Positions 27,449 through 37,255 are shown, counted from the first letter of the stretch. The stretch is 54,075 bases of DNA from an uncultured bacterium (GCA_965371515.1 CBDUYR010000017.1:1-54075), one strand, 5' to 3'. Notes: generated by a model from the sequence alone, not told the origin. Numbers and translations: made by a program.

Positions 27449-27799
27449 ATGCAACAGTGCGTAGACATGTTACTGCAGGGGCTCGAAAAATTCGACGAGC
27501 CGGCGGCTTTCTACAAGGGTAACAAGATTGTTCAAGCCAACCAGAAATTTGCCGATCTCTTCGAGCGGGACATTGCGGATTTCAACGACCTTCCGATAAT
27601 CGATATCTGTCACAATGAGTCGATCGAGATGATCCAGGACTTCATAAAGCGGCGTGCGCACAACGATACAGATCTGCCGAGACATTACGAGGCCGCTTTC
27701 AGGACGACCAGCCGCTCGAAGGTCTTGATGACCGTGGACGTTCTCAAGCTCCAAAACACAGAAGGAGCCGTACTGACGATCCTTCACGAGAAGGAGTAG
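27449..27799 (+). CDS. Stand-alone PAS domain protein
   Basis: IVQANQKFADLF, IIDICH, terminal beta strands. Confidence 0.65.
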   Translation: MQQCVDMLLQGLEKFDEPAAFYKGNKIVQANQKFADLFERDIADFNDLPIIDICHNESIEMIQDFIKRRAHNDTDLPRHYEAAFRTTSRSKVLMTVDVLKLQNTEGAVLTILHEKE

Positions 27800-27832
27800 C
27801 AGCGTCAACCGGCCGGCCGAGCTGCGGATAAT

Positions 27833-27869
27833 AAAAGGGCGGGGTACCTCGAGGCGCCCTGCCCTTTTT
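27833..27869. terminator. Bidirectional terminator
   Basis: aaaagggcgggg...ccctgcccttttt between convergent genes. Confidence 0.75.
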
Positions 27870-27909
27870 CTGTCAATCGCCCTTCGGTTGAACCGACCTG
27901 GCTGATTGT

Positions 27910-29442
27910 TTATTCCTCCGGTCTCAGGCTGCCGATTGCCTTCTCGACCTCCTCGAGGATCTCGCACGATCTTACGAGCTCCTGCATCGCCGTGTGGTCG
28001 GGATATAGGGGACGGTCTATGTCGAGGAAATCGACGTGGCGCCTGATGACCTCCTTCGCCTTCGCGACGCCCTTGCCGAACTCATAATCTCTGAAATCGA
28101 GCGCCTGCGCCGCCGCCATCAGTTCGATTCCGAGTATGCCGCACGCGTTGTCGAATATCTGGAAGTTCTTGATCGCCGTGTTCATGCCCATCGAGACGAA
28201 ATCTTCCTGGTCGGCCGCCGCCGGTATCGACTGGATCGAGGCGGGTGCCGAGAGGATCCTCTGCTCGACGATCTGCATGTCGGCGGTGTACTGGCTGAGC
28301 ATCAGGCCGGACATCATCCCGGCGCCCTTTGTGAGGAAGGCAGGGAGGCCGACATTCAGGGCGGGGTGATTGAGCCTGTTCATCCGTCGCTCCGACATCA
28401 CGCTGACCATCGTTACGGCCGCGCTGATCATGTCCATCGGAAGGCTGACGGGCGAGCCCTGGAAGTTGGCGCCCGAGAGCTGCATGTCCTCGTCGGGGAA
28501 GAAGACGGGATTGTCGCCGACGCCGTTCAGTTCGATCTCTACCTGCGAACGGGCATATTCCAGCGCATCGTGGGCGGCGCCGATCACCTGCGGAGTAGAG
28601 CGCATCGAGTAGGCGTCCTGGACCTTGACCTTCTGGCGCCCTTCGGCGAGGTCACCGCCGGCGACACATTTGAGTATCGCTGCGGCGGTGCGCTGGGCGC
28701 CCTTGAATCCGCGGATCTTGTGGAGCTGAGGGCTGTACGGCTTCATGTTGGCCATCAGCGCCTCGAGCGACATGGCCGCGGCTATCTCGGCCTGGCGGAA
28801 CCACCGCTCGGTGTCGTAGATCATGATGGCGCTCATTGCTGTCAGGAGGTTGGATCCGTTGATTGTGGCGAGGCCGTCGCGCGCCATCAGGCCCGGTATG
28901 GGGATGTCGGCCCTGTCCATGGCCGTTTTCCCGTCGAGCAGCTCTTCCTTGTAGTACGCTTCGCCCTCACCGAGCATCAGCAGCGCTATCTGCGACATCG
29001 GGGCGAGGTCTCCGCTCGCTCCCACGGAACCCTTCTGGCAGACGAACGGCGTAACGCCCTTGTTGAGCATCTCGACCAGCGTCAGGGGAATCTCGATACG
29101 GCATCCCGAGTTGCCGTGAGCGAGGACGTTTATCCTGCCGATCATCGCTCCGCGGACATATTCTATCGGGGCGGGATCGCCGATCCCGGCCGCATGGTTG
29201 TAGATGAGGTATTTCTGGAAATCCTGGATCTGGTCGTCGTCGAGCACTACCTCGGAGAATTCACCTATCCCGGTATTGACGCCGTACATTATCTCGTGGG
29301 CGTCGAGCTTCTTCTCGAGCATCGCACGGCATTTCTTGATGGCCTCGATGGCATGGTCCGGGATCTCGACCTTTTCGCCGTGCCGAGCTATCCGGACGAC
29401 CTTTTCGATCGTCAGTCCTGACCCGTCTAGCGCTATTGCCAC
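27910..29442 (-). CDS. hutH: Histidine ammonia-lyase (MIO aromatic amino acid lyase)
   Basis: YGVNTG.G, GASGDLAP (MIO tripeptide ASG), QDAYSMR, QED; His retained in NHAAG. Confidence 0.85.
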   Translation of the reverse strand: MAIALDGSGLTIEKVVRIARHGEKVEIPDHAIEAIKKCRAMLEKKLDAHEIMYGVNTGIGEFSEVVLDDDQIQDFQKYLIYNHAAGIGDPAPIEYVRGAMIGRINVLAHGNSGCRIEIPLTLVEMLNKGVTPFVCQKGSVGASGDLAPMSQIALLMLGEGEAYYKEELLDGKTAMDRADIPIPGLMARDGLATINGSNLLTAMSAIMIYDTERWFRQAEIAAAMSLEALMANMKPYSPQLHKIRGFKGAQRTAAAILKCVAGGDLAEGRQKVKVQDAYSMRSTPQVIGAAHDALEYARSQVEIELNGVGDNPVFFPDEDMQLSGANFQGSPVSLPMDMISAAVTMVSVMSERRMNRLNHPALNVGLPAFLTKGAGMMSGLMLSQYTADMQIVEQRILSAPASIQSIPAAADQEDFVSMGMNTAIKNFQIFDNACGILGIELMAAAQALDFRDYEFGKGVAKAKEVIRRHVDFLDIDRPLYPDHTAMQELVRSCEILEEVEKAIGSLRPEE

Positions 29443-29481
29443 AATTACCTCCTGGTGGAATCTTTTTGATCGGTGATGTGT

Positions 29482-29510
29482 TTTATAACATCATGAGGGG
29501 CCCGATTCAA
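29482..29510 (-). promoter_or_regulatory. sigma70 promoter of hutH
   Basis: TTGAAT-N17-TATAAA with extended TG; AGGAGG RBS downstream. Confidence 0.6.
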
Positions 29511-29608
29511 GGAACAAAGCAGCCCCACGGGGCAAAAATAGTAAGGGCAGCGCCCGAATTCAAGCACTACCCTCAATGTTGTACATTTAATCGGATTTCT
29601 CATGGGGG

Positions 29609-29923
29609 CTATCCCAGGTAGGCGATCGCTATCGATATCACGAGCACTGCCAGACCGGCGATATTGAGGATGTTGGCGATCTTTCTTACAAGGGGGAGCC
29701 TCTCCTCGCTTCCGGCGACGGCAGCGGCGATCTTCGGGAACTTGAGAAAATTAGCTATCCCTACAGCGAAGAGACAGAGGGCCCATACCGGAACGCCTGA
29801 GACGACGAACATGCTGCGCTTGAGCTCGACGAACGCGAGAGCGGTGAATACGATTCCCCAGAAGATATTGATCCCCGACCCGCTGCTGACGCCTTCCTGT
29901 TCCATCCCGTTCTGTTCCTCCAT
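29609..29923 (-). CDS. Hypothetical membrane protein (~3 TM)
   Basis: Hydrophobic helices; TGATG coupling to the upstream gene. Confidence 0.7.
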   Translation of the reverse strand: MEEQNGMEQEGVSSGSGINIFWGIVFTALAFVELKRSMFVVSGVPVWALCLFAVGIANFLKFPKIAAAVAGSEERLPLVRKIANILNIAGLAVLVISIAIAYLG

Positions 29924-30366
29924 CAGGATCCGGTTTTCCCCGGTATGCCGGAGCCGCTGTCGATCCTGCCCGTTGCGATCAGCAGTATCCCTGCCGAGAG
30001 GGGAGGCAGTCCGAGCACAGCTACGACGAACATCTTCGTCGATACCGGAAAGTTTTTAGCTGCGATGGGGTATGCGATGAATGCGGCCAGTCCGGCGACC
30101 GGCAGCGCTATCCTGCCGACCCTCTCCCATCTCCAGGCGGTGAAGGCCAGAAGCAGCAGTACGGCGGTGAACGCCAGCGGGATTAGCAATCCGCCCAGGG
30201 AGCCGGCGCCCCGAGTATCGAAGTCGTTCGCCGAGGACACTACGGCGAAGAATATCCAGAAGCCGGCCCACAGTCCTGTGATCACCCGCGCGAGGAATCT
30301 CATCCACCTCGCCGCGTTTTCCGTGCCTTGGACTTTTGTGCCCTTGTCTATTGCGTTTTTCGTCAT
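29923..30366 (-). CDS. Hypothetical membrane protein (~4 TM)
   Basis: Start re-called at MTKNA (ATGA overlap with nuclease stop); AWRWE..G. Confidence 0.7.
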   Translation of the reverse strand: MTKNAIDKGTKVQGTENAARWMRFLARVITGLWAGFWIFFAVVSSANDFDTRGAGSLGGLLIPLAFTAVLLLLAFTAWRWERVGRIALPVAGLAAFIAYPIAAKNFPVSTKMFVVAVLGLPPLSAGILLIATGRIDSGSGIPGKTGS

Positions 30367-31373
30367 GGCAGCCTGTCCGGGTTGTTCTCGTCCTTGCATA
30401 TCCGGTAGAAGTTGCAGTACCGGCACAGCCCGTTATCGGTCTTCGGGAAGAGGTCGGGAGGGCCCGCCTCGTTCCTTGCGATGTCGCCCTTTATCAGAAC
30501 GGAGGAGAGCTTGTCGATCCCGTCGTGGATGTGACTGTAGAACTCCTCGAGATTCTCGTTCGAGATACTGTACTCGACGGTCGCTCCACCGTCGAGAAGA
30601 TTCACCTCGAGCAGCCTTATCCTTTCGAGCGGCTCTCCGAGTATCGACGCTGCGTAATAGCCGTAGACACCGAGCTGCACGCGGGCCTTTCCGTCCTGCC
30701 CGTCCTTGTTTTTCCACCGACTGCTCTTTGTGCTGAACGTCTTCCAGTCCACGATGTTGAACGATCCGTCGGTGCCGCGGTACATGAAATCGGTCTTGGC
30801 GAACACCTTCGCGCCTTCGAAGTCAAAGACCTGGGCGAACTCGGCCATGTCGATGTTCTCTATCGCCCAGCCGTCGGTATCTGTTCCGGCGATCACGGTG
30901 AGGATGTCGCTCTCGAGCAGCCCCTTCATCGCCGTGAGACATTCATCCCTTGTTTTCTGCAGCTTTTCGGGAGGAATCGGCCGGTTGTACTCGTGTTCAA
31001 AGAGGGCCAGCCAGTCGATGTTGAGCCTGCCGCTCTTCTTCTTCGGTTCGGTGAGATATTTCTTCGAGCTGGAGAACTCGAGCTGGGTCTCGAACCGCTC
31101 GAGGGTATAGCGGCTTACATCCTCGAAGGCGGGAATTCTGTCCTTGGCCCTCAGAGAAGCGAGTACCTTCGTCGTGATATAGTGTACGAGCTGGCCGCGC
31201 CAGAGAGGGAGGGAGGTCAGCCGCTTTAGCCTGAACGCCTCCCTGGCGATCCTGGGGGCCTGTCTTTCCCAGCCCCCCCAGCTGAGATAGTAGTGGAAGT
31301 AGTAGCGTCTCAGGCAGGAGTCGAACATCGACTCCCTCGAAACGGACCATCCGAATTCATTTACAAGGCCCAT
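30363..31373 (-). CDS. PD-(D/E)XK nuclease, Cas4/AddB-like with putative Fe-S staple
   Basis: WS.S....F..C.R.YY; KTD; IVDWKT; QL..Y; C-terminal CxxCxxxxxC. Confidence 0.85.
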   Translation of the reverse strand: MGLVNEFGWSVSRESMFDSCLRRYYFHYYLSWGGWERQAPRIAREAFRLKRLTSLPLWRGQLVHYITTKVLASLRAKDRIPAFEDVSRYTLERFETQLEFSSSKKYLTEPKKKSGRLNIDWLALFEHEYNRPIPPEKLQKTRDECLTAMKGLLESDILTVIAGTDTDGWAIENIDMAEFAQVFDFEGAKVFAKTDFMYRGTDGSFNIVDWKTFSTKSSRWKNKDGQDGKARVQLGVYGYYAASILGEPLERIRLLEVNLLDGGATVEYSISNENLEEFYSHIHDGIDKLSSVLIKGDIARNEAGPPDLFPKTDNGLCRYCNFYRICKDENNPDRLP

Positions 31374-31416
31374 TGCAGCAGAACAGTTCCCTGTCGAAGA
31401 TGAAGCGGTCGTCCGG

Positions 31417-31875
31417 CTACTTGTCGAAGACTCCCCTGTATAAACGGTTATCCAGCCGGTAACTTTCGAACTCGTAGTCGAACTTCATGCTCTTCTTGCC
31501 TCGAAGCGCGACCGCCTTGTTAGTGTACATGTAGAGATGATACTTGCCGCCGGCCTTCTGCTGCGAGAGTTTTTCGAATTCGGCGCGTGAGAAGATCCAT
31601 GTTCTCAACGTGCTGAGGTCGACGCATGCCACATAATCGGCCTGGTTGTCCACCGAAACCCACCAGTCGAGAGCCATCTTGCCCTTTCCGCCGGCCCTCT
31701 TCGGGCGGAGGTTTGTCGTAACGAGGATCGTCCATTTTCTCCTGGGCCTCGTCAGGTTGACGACCAGGTCGAATCCGTTCTTGCCGAGCTGGCAGGGGAT
31801 GCCCTCGCGAAGGAGCATGGAGTTGACGAACAGCTTGCCGCTGATCCCGATCATGCTCTTCGGTATTTCTTTCAT
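31417..31875 (-). CDS. Hypothetical protein, degenerate restriction-endonuclease-like fold
   Basis: G..GK..V...LL..G, FDLVV, ILVTT where QVK/ExK is expected; GGAGG RBS inside the acpS end. Confidence 0.6.
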   Translation of the reverse strand: MKEIPKSMIGISGKLFVNSMLLREGIPCQLGKNGFDLVVNLTRPRRKWTILVTTNLRPKRAGGKGKMALDWWVSVDNQADYVACVDLSTLRTWIFSRAEFEKLSQQKAGGKYHLYMYTNKAVALRGKKSMKFDYEFESYRLDNRLYRGVFDK

Positions 31876-31877
31876 AT

Positions 31878-32258
31878 CTAACCTCCTTCGAGTATGACGA
31901 TTGCCTGCGCTATATCAGCCTCGTGTGACAGGCTCAGATGCGAGATTGATGTTCCACGGGATTCGGCGGCCTCCAGTGCCCGGCTCGATAGAGACAGGAA
32001 CGGTCGTCCCGATTCCTCCCTTGCCACGCTGACCTCCTTCAGCGGGATCCCCCTTCCCCAGCCGGTTCCGAGTGCCTTGAAGAATGCCTCTCTCGCGGCG
32101 AACCTGGCCGCGAAATACTGTGCGGAGTTCCGTCGCTCGAGGCCCTCCGAGATTTCGTCCTCGGTGAAGACCTTCTCGAGAAATCTCCGCCCGAACCTGT
32201 CGATCAATCCGGCGATACGACTGATCGACACCGAGTCGATTCCCACTCCGACGATCAT
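31878..32258 (-). CDS. acpS: Holo-[acyl-carrier-protein] synthase
   Basis: GVGID, F..DE, AARFAAREA..KALGTG, SLSHE. Confidence 0.95.
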   Translation of the reverse strand: MIVGVGIDSVSISRIAGLIDRFGRRFLEKVFTEDEISEGLERRNSAQYFAARFAAREAFFKALGTGWGRGIPLKEVSVAREESGRPFLSLSSRALEAAESRGTSISHLSLSHEADIAQAIVILEGG

Positions 32259-32276
32259 GACCGCCTTTCCACAGGC

Positions 32277-32312
32277 CCGTAACAGTATTTAGGCTTGTCC
32301 GTAACAGTATTT
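32277..32312. repeat. Perfect 14-bp direct repeat, 22-bp period
   Basis: ccgtaacagtattt at 32277-32290 and 32299-32312, in an AT-rich divergent intergenic region. Confidence 0.85.
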
Positions 32313-32391
32313 GGAATTATAATCAACTGCACGATATCATTCCTTACAGGAATAATAAAGAAATATTTGTAAACTTTCTTTGACAGTTATC

Positions 32392-33270
32392 ATGTGTATC
32401 GAATACGACAATCCTCTATACAGGCCGCCCAGCGAAGCCCGCTCGCTGATCCTGCAGGCCACCCTCGGCTGTTCCCATAACAGGTGCAGCTTCTGTTACA
32501 TGTATAAAGACAAAAAGTTCCATGTCAAGCCCGAGGAGAGGTTTTTCGAGGAGATCGAGTTCGCAGCCTCCCAATATCGATCGGCACGGCGGATCTTTCT
32601 CGCCGACGGAGACGCAATGGTCCTGTCGACCGGGCGGCTCGAACGGATACTTGACAGGTTGAACGCATCCTTTCCGCAGATGCAGAGGGTGACCGCCTAC
32701 GCCAACCCGGCGAACCTGCTCGGCAAAACGGCGGACGAATTGAGGGGGCTCAGGGAGAAGAAGCTCTCGATCCTCTACTACGGCGTCGAGACGGGCGATC
32801 CGGAGCTGCTCGAGAGGATAGGCAAGGGAGCGACTCCCGACGAGATGGCCGAAGGGTGCTCGCGGGCGACCGAAGCGGGGCTCAAGCTCTCCGTCACGGT
32901 GATTCTCGGGCTCGCGGGCAAATCAGGGAGCTCGAGACACGCCCGGATGACAGCAGAGCTTCTCAACCGGATCCAGCCGCGCTATCTCTCCGCCCTGACA
33001 CTGATGCTCGGCCCCTGGAAGGACAATTACGCTTCATCGATGGATCCGGGATTCGAGTTCAACTCGGCTATCGACGACGTTCGTGAGCTGCGCGAGCTCG
33101 TCGCAGGCCTCGAGACCGACAGGTGCATATTCAGAAGCAACCACGCCTCGAACTACCTCGCCCTTGCCGGGACCCTGCTCAAGGACAAGGTCGCTCTTCT
33201 CGACGAGATCGACCGCGCCCTCGACGATCCCGAAGGGCACCTGCGGCCCGAATGGGTACGCGGCCTGTAA
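32392..33270 (+). CDS. Radical SAM protein
   Basis: YRPPSEA; CSHNRCSFC; FLADGDA; FRSNHASNY. Confidence 0.92.
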   Translation: MCIEYDNPLYRPPSEARSLILQATLGCSHNRCSFCYMYKDKKFHVKPEERFFEEIEFAASQYRSARRIFLADGDAMVLSTGRLERILDRLNASFPQMQRVTAYANPANLLGKTADELRGLREKKLSILYYGVETGDPELLERIGKGATPDEMAEGCSRATEAGLKLSVTVILGLAGKSGSSRHARMTAELLNRIQPRYLSALTLMLGPWKDNYASSMDPGFEFNSAIDDVRELRELVAGLETDRCIFRSNHASNYLALAGTLLKDKVALLDEIDRALDDPEGHLRPEWVRGL

Positions 33271-33272
33271 TA

Positions 33273-34241
33273 TCAGCCGGAGAACCTGCCGAATAACTTG
33301 CGGAACCAGGAATCGGAGAGGTAGGAATCGTACTCCACCCTTATTCCGCCCCATCGCTCCTTGTGGTCGATCAGCGAGTGGGCGTCTGGCGGGGAGGAGC
33401 CGAGATTGATCGTACGGATGCCTTTATCGACAGCCATTCGGATCGAATCGGAGAGCAGTACGTGGTTCGGCTTGAGATGTCTGTATTCGTAGTTCCAGAC
33501 AGTCTGCCAGTTGAACATCGAGTCGTTGTAGATAAAATTGATCCTCGAGCCGATCATCTCCCCGCCCGAATTGAGGCATGTCCAGCTCATCATCTCGGAA
33601 TCCCCGAGGTGCTTCAGAACACTGGCGAAGAAATGCTTGGTGTAGAGGTTACGGATCATTCCGTGCCTCTTCTCGGTCATCTCGTACAATCGGTAGAAAT
33701 CATTGAGCTCGTCCCTGCTCCTCACGCGGCATATCTCGGTGTCCGCTCTCTTGCCCGAACGGATGTGGCCGTTGATCTTCTTGTCGGGGGGAGAGTGGCC
33801 GTTCTCTGAATCGAGATGGATGATATGCGTGAATACGTCCTTATGCCTGAGGAACGGCTCGACCAGCTCGGAGAGGTTCCGGGCGTAATCGGTGATCGAG
33901 ATCCTCGAGAACTTGCCGTTCTTGAGGTACCTGACCAGGTGGACATAGAACTCGTCCCGCGTGTTGCCATTGGCGCCGTCGGCGAGGATGACTTCGCCGT
34001 ATGTTCCGTAGGGCATCGAGTAGAACGACTTGAAGAAGAACTGTTTCGTGATGACGGCCGGCATCCCCGCGATGAGCTTCCCGTCCTCGAAACCGCAGAG
34101 GAACTCTGCGTGCGAACCCGGTGAAAGCCCGTCGACGCATGTATCGACCCACTGATGCGTGTGGAAGAACGATGCGTTTCTCGTCAGCGCTTCCCATGCG
34201 GGCACGTCGAGTGATTTTCTGTCTATTACGCGGAATTCCAT
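33273..34241 (-). CDS. GNAT / FemAB-like (BcsL/CelD type) acyltransferase
   Basis: FFH..W, SMPYG.YG, PN..L....I..A...G....LG, K..WG. Confidence 0.8.
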   Translation of the reverse strand: MEFRVIDRKSLDVPAWEALTRNASFFHTHQWVDTCVDGLSPGSHAEFLCGFEDGKLIAGMPAVITKQFFFKSFYSMPYGTYGEVILADGANGNTRDEFYVHLVRYLKNGKFSRISITDYARNLSELVEPFLRHKDVFTHIIHLDSENGHSPPDKKINGHIRSGKRADTEICRVRSRDELNDFYRLYEMTEKRHGMIRNLYTKHFFASVLKHLGDSEMMSWTCLNSGGEMIGSRINFIYNDSMFNWQTVWNYEYRHLKPNHVLLSDSIRMAVDKGIRTINLGSSPPDAHSLIDHKERWGGIRVEYDSYLSDSWFRKLFGRFSG

Positions 34242-34483
34242 AATCCTGCCGATGCCGCTGCTCCGGTCCCTCGGCGACCCGCCCCCGGCCGGAAATGCCC
34301 CTTGTCACGCCATGTGAATGTAATACATGCGGTTCGATTCGTCAACGAACCAGAAGATCTGAAGGCCGAAAGTATTCCTCTTAAAAGGTTGATTTCCTGA
34401 GGTATCTGTATTACCTTGACTTCGTTTATTTTAGCAATTTGGAGTGAATGAAGGAATATCCTGGAAAAGATGGCAGGTGATCG

Positions 34484-35065
34484 ATGCCCAAGCTCGTCAT
34501 AATCATAATAAGCGCTGTCTTGGTAAACAATTTCGTGCTGATGAGATTCCTCGGGATATGCCCGTTCCTCGGGGTATCCAAGAGGGTCTCGACGGCTGCT
34601 GGTATGAGCGGCGCGGTACTCTTCGTGATGACGATGGCGTCTGTGGTAACATGGCTGATCTATCACTACGTCCTCGTTCCGTTCGGTCTGACGTACCTGC
34701 AGACGGTCAGTTTTATCCTCGTCATCGCCAGCCTCGTCCAGCTTGTCGAGCTCGTCCTGCAGAAACTCAGCCCGGCCCTCTACAAGGCGCTGGGAATATT
34801 CCTGCCCCTGATCACTACCAACTGCGCCGTGCTCGGCGTTTCGGTTCTCAATATCCAGAAAGAGTTTACCCTTATAGAGACGACGGTCTTCGGCGCCGGC
34901 GCCGCCGTTGGATTCGGTGTTGCGATGGTCCTCTTCTCGGGACTGAGAGAGAGGATCGATCTCTGCGACACACCGATTCCATTCAGGGGAACGGCCATAG
35001 GACTGGTGACGGCCGGGCTGCTCTCACTCGCGTTTATGGGATTTACAGGGCTGGTCAAGCTCTAA
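34484..35065 (+). CDS. rnfA: Rnf complex subunit A
   Basis: NNFVL.RFLGICPFLGVSK; LGIFLPLITTNCAVLG. Confidence 0.95.
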   Translation: MPKLVIIIISAVLVNNFVLMRFLGICPFLGVSKRVSTAAGMSGAVLFVMTMASVVTWLIYHYVLVPFGLTYLQTVSFILVIASLVQLVELVLQKLSPALYKALGIFLPLITTNCAVLGVSVLNIQKEFTLIETTVFGAGAAVGFGVAMVLFSGLRERIDLCDTPIPFRGTAIGLVTAGLLSLAFMGFTGLVKL

Positions 35066-35084
35066 GATTGATTCTGCGGAGGAT

Positions 35085-35930
35085 GTGACAAAGATGTTCA
35101 CGGCTGTTATTGCACTTGCGGCTCTCGCTCTTCTGGCCGCGTTCGGACTGGCCATTGCGGCGAGGGTCTTCGCCGTTCCCCATAATCCGAAGGCGGACGA
35201 GATCGAGGAAGCCCTCCCAGGCGCCAACTGCGGCGCCTGCGCTCTTCCCGGATGCGCTGAGCTTGCCAAGCGGATCGCCGAGGGAAAGGCAGACGTAGAT
35301 GCCTGTCCCGTCGGCGGTGAAACGGTGGCCCAGGCCATCGCCGCTATCATGGGGATGGAATTCGAGGGAGGAGCCGACAGGGAGGTCGCGCTGGTCCTCT
35401 GTAAGGGCAGCGACCAGGTAGCGGCGAAACGCTTTTTCTATAACGGCATATACGACTGCAACTCGGCCGCGCTTGTTTTCGGGGGGGACAAGGCCTGTAC
35501 GTACGGCTGTCTCGGCCTGGGAACGTGCGCGGGCGTCTGCCCCTTCGGCGCGATCGACATGGTGCCCGGCGGACTCGCCGTGGTTGATCCGGAGAAGTGC
35601 ACCGGATGCACGAAGTGCGTCGACTCCTGCCCGAAGGGGATCATCAGGATGGTCCCGGCGAGCAGGAATCTGCATATCCTCTGCAGCTCGCACGACAAGG
35701 GCGGAGTGGCGAGGAAGCATTGCAAGGTCGCCTGCATCGGCTGCATGAAGTGTGTCAAGGCCGCTCCCGAATCTGCGATTACGATGGACAACTTTCTCGC
35801 CGTCGTTGATTACAGCTTCGAGATCCCTGCCGAGGTAGCGGCGGAATGCCCGATGAATACAATCGTCGTGACCGGGGAGGCGGCCGGCGCCAGTGAAGAG
35901 CCGGCGGCAGCGGCTGGAGGTGATGCGTGA
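35085..35930 (+). CDS. rnfB: Rnf complex subunit B (polyferredoxin type)
   Basis: LPGANCGAC...C; C.YGCLGLG.C...CPF; CTGCTKC...CP; CIGCMKC. Confidence 0.95.
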   Translation: MTKMFTAVIALAALALLAAFGLAIAARVFAVPHNPKADEIEEALPGANCGACALPGCAELAKRIAEGKADVDACPVGGETVAQAIAAIMGMEFEGGADREVALVLCKGSDQVAAKRFFYNGIYDCNSAALVFGGDKACTYGCLGLGTCAGVCPFGAIDMVPGGLAVVDPEKCTGCTKCVDSCPKGIIRMVPASRNLHILCSSHDKGGVARKHCKVACIGCMKCVKAAPESAITMDNFLAVVDYSFEIPAEVAAECPMNTIVVTGEAAGASEEPAAAAGGDA

Positions 35931-37255
35931 TGGGAAGCGGCAGGTTTTTCGGAGGCGTTCATCCGTCATATAACAAGGGGCTGTCAGATTCGAGCGCGAT
36001 AGTCGAGATGCCGCTGCCCGAAAAGCTCGTAGTGTTCTTTGCCCAGAACCTCGGCGCTCCATCGCAGCCCGTTGTCAAGAAGGGCGACGAAGTAAAGAAG
36101 GGGCAGGTGATAGCCGAGGCGGGCGGATTCGTGTCGACTCCGGTCCACGCGCCTACCTCGGGGACGATCGATTCAATAGGCATATACCCGTCGCCCGTCG
36201 GCGTCGACGCGCCCGCCGCGGTGATGATCCCCGACGGCAAAGACGAGTGGTTCGAGGAGTGCAACGTCGAAAGGTCGAGCGAAGGCCTGGGCGTCGAGAA
36301 GATCAAAGAAATGATCCATGACAACGGTATCGTGGGAATGGGGGGAGCGACCTTCCCGACACACGTGAAGCTCTCGCCGCCAGCCGGGAAGAAGATGGAT
36401 CTTCTCGTGATAAACGGCGCCGAGTGCGAGCCCTACCTGACGGCGGACCACAGGCTGATGGTCGAACACGCGGAGGGCATCCTCGATGGGGCGGCCCTCT
36501 TTGCCAACGTTATCGGGGTAGACAGGGTCGTGATCGCAATCGAGAAGAACAAGCCCGACGCCATAGAAGTGATGCGCAAGGCTGTAGCCGGACGCCAGGG
36601 CTTCAGCGTCGAAGCGTTGGGAGTCATATACCCGCAGGGTGCCGAGAAACAGCTGATATATGCCCTGACGAAGAGGAAGGTGCCCGCCGGCGGGCTGCCG
36701 ATGGACGTCGGCGTCCTGGTGCAGAACGTCGGTACCGCCCTGGCCGCCTTCAAGGCGGTGCGGTACAACAGGCCCCTTATACAAAGGGTCGTCACGGTCA
36801 CGGGAAGCGGGATCCGGGAACCGAAGAACGTCCTCGCGCGAGTCGGGACGAGGTTCGAGGATATTGTGAATTTCTGCGGAGGACTCAAGGGCGATGCGGC
36901 CAAATGCATCAACGGCGGACCGATGATGGGCGTGGCGCAGTACTCGCTCGACACCGCCGTCACGAAGGGTACGAGCGGGCTCGTGATTCTCAGGCAGGAA
37001 GAAGTAGCCCAGTTCGTGAGCGACGCATGCATCAGGTGCGCCCGCTGTCTCGACGCCTGCCCGATGAGCCTTAACCCCTCGGCGCTCTCGATCTTCATTG
37101 AGAAGATGAGGTTCGACGACGCGAACGAATATAACGTGATGGACTGCATAGAATGCGGCTGCTGCGCCTACGTGTGCCCTTCGAGAAGACCGATGGTGCA
37201 CCACTTCAGGAGGGCGAAGGCCGAAATCAGGAAATTGCAGAGAAAGGCCGGTTGA
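35927..37255 (+). CDS. rnfC: Rnf complex subunit C
   Basis: GGVHP; GMGGATFPT.VK; NGAECEPYLTAD; GGPMMG; two 4Fe-4S motifs. Confidence 0.95.
   Translation: MMGSGRFFGGVHPSYNKGLSDSSAIVEMPLPEKLVVFFAQNLGAPSQPVVKKGDEVKKGQVIAEAGGFVSTPVHAPTSGTIDSIGIYPSPVGVDAPAAVMIPDGKDEWFEECNVERSSEGLGVEKIKEMIHDNGIVGMGGATFPTHVKLSPPAGKKMDLLVINGAECEPYLTADHRLMVEHAEGILDGAALFANVIGVDRVVIAIEKNKPDAIEVMRKAVAGRQGFSVEALGVIYPQGAEKQLIYALTKRKVPAGGLPMDVGVLVQNVGTALAAFKAVRYNRPLIQRVVTVTGSGIREPKNVLARVGTRFEDIVNFCGGLKGDAAKCINGGPMMGVAQYSLDTAVTKGTSGLVILRQEEVAQFVSDACIRCARCLDACPMSLNPSALSIFIEKMRFDDANEYNVMDCIECGCCAYVCPSRRPMVHHFRRAKAEIRKLQRKAG

Noticed and set aside
28036..29421. 461-aa plus-strand ORF
   Set aside because: Antisense shadow of hutH caused by GC3 codon bias
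30363..31373. Cas4 as evidence of a CRISPR-Cas system
   Set aside because: No cas1/cas2 or array in the window, and the protein is longer than typical Cas4
34311..34329. Rex or CRP box upstream of rnfA (catgtgaatgtaatacatg)
   Set aside because: Only one half-site matches, and the spacing fits neither consensus
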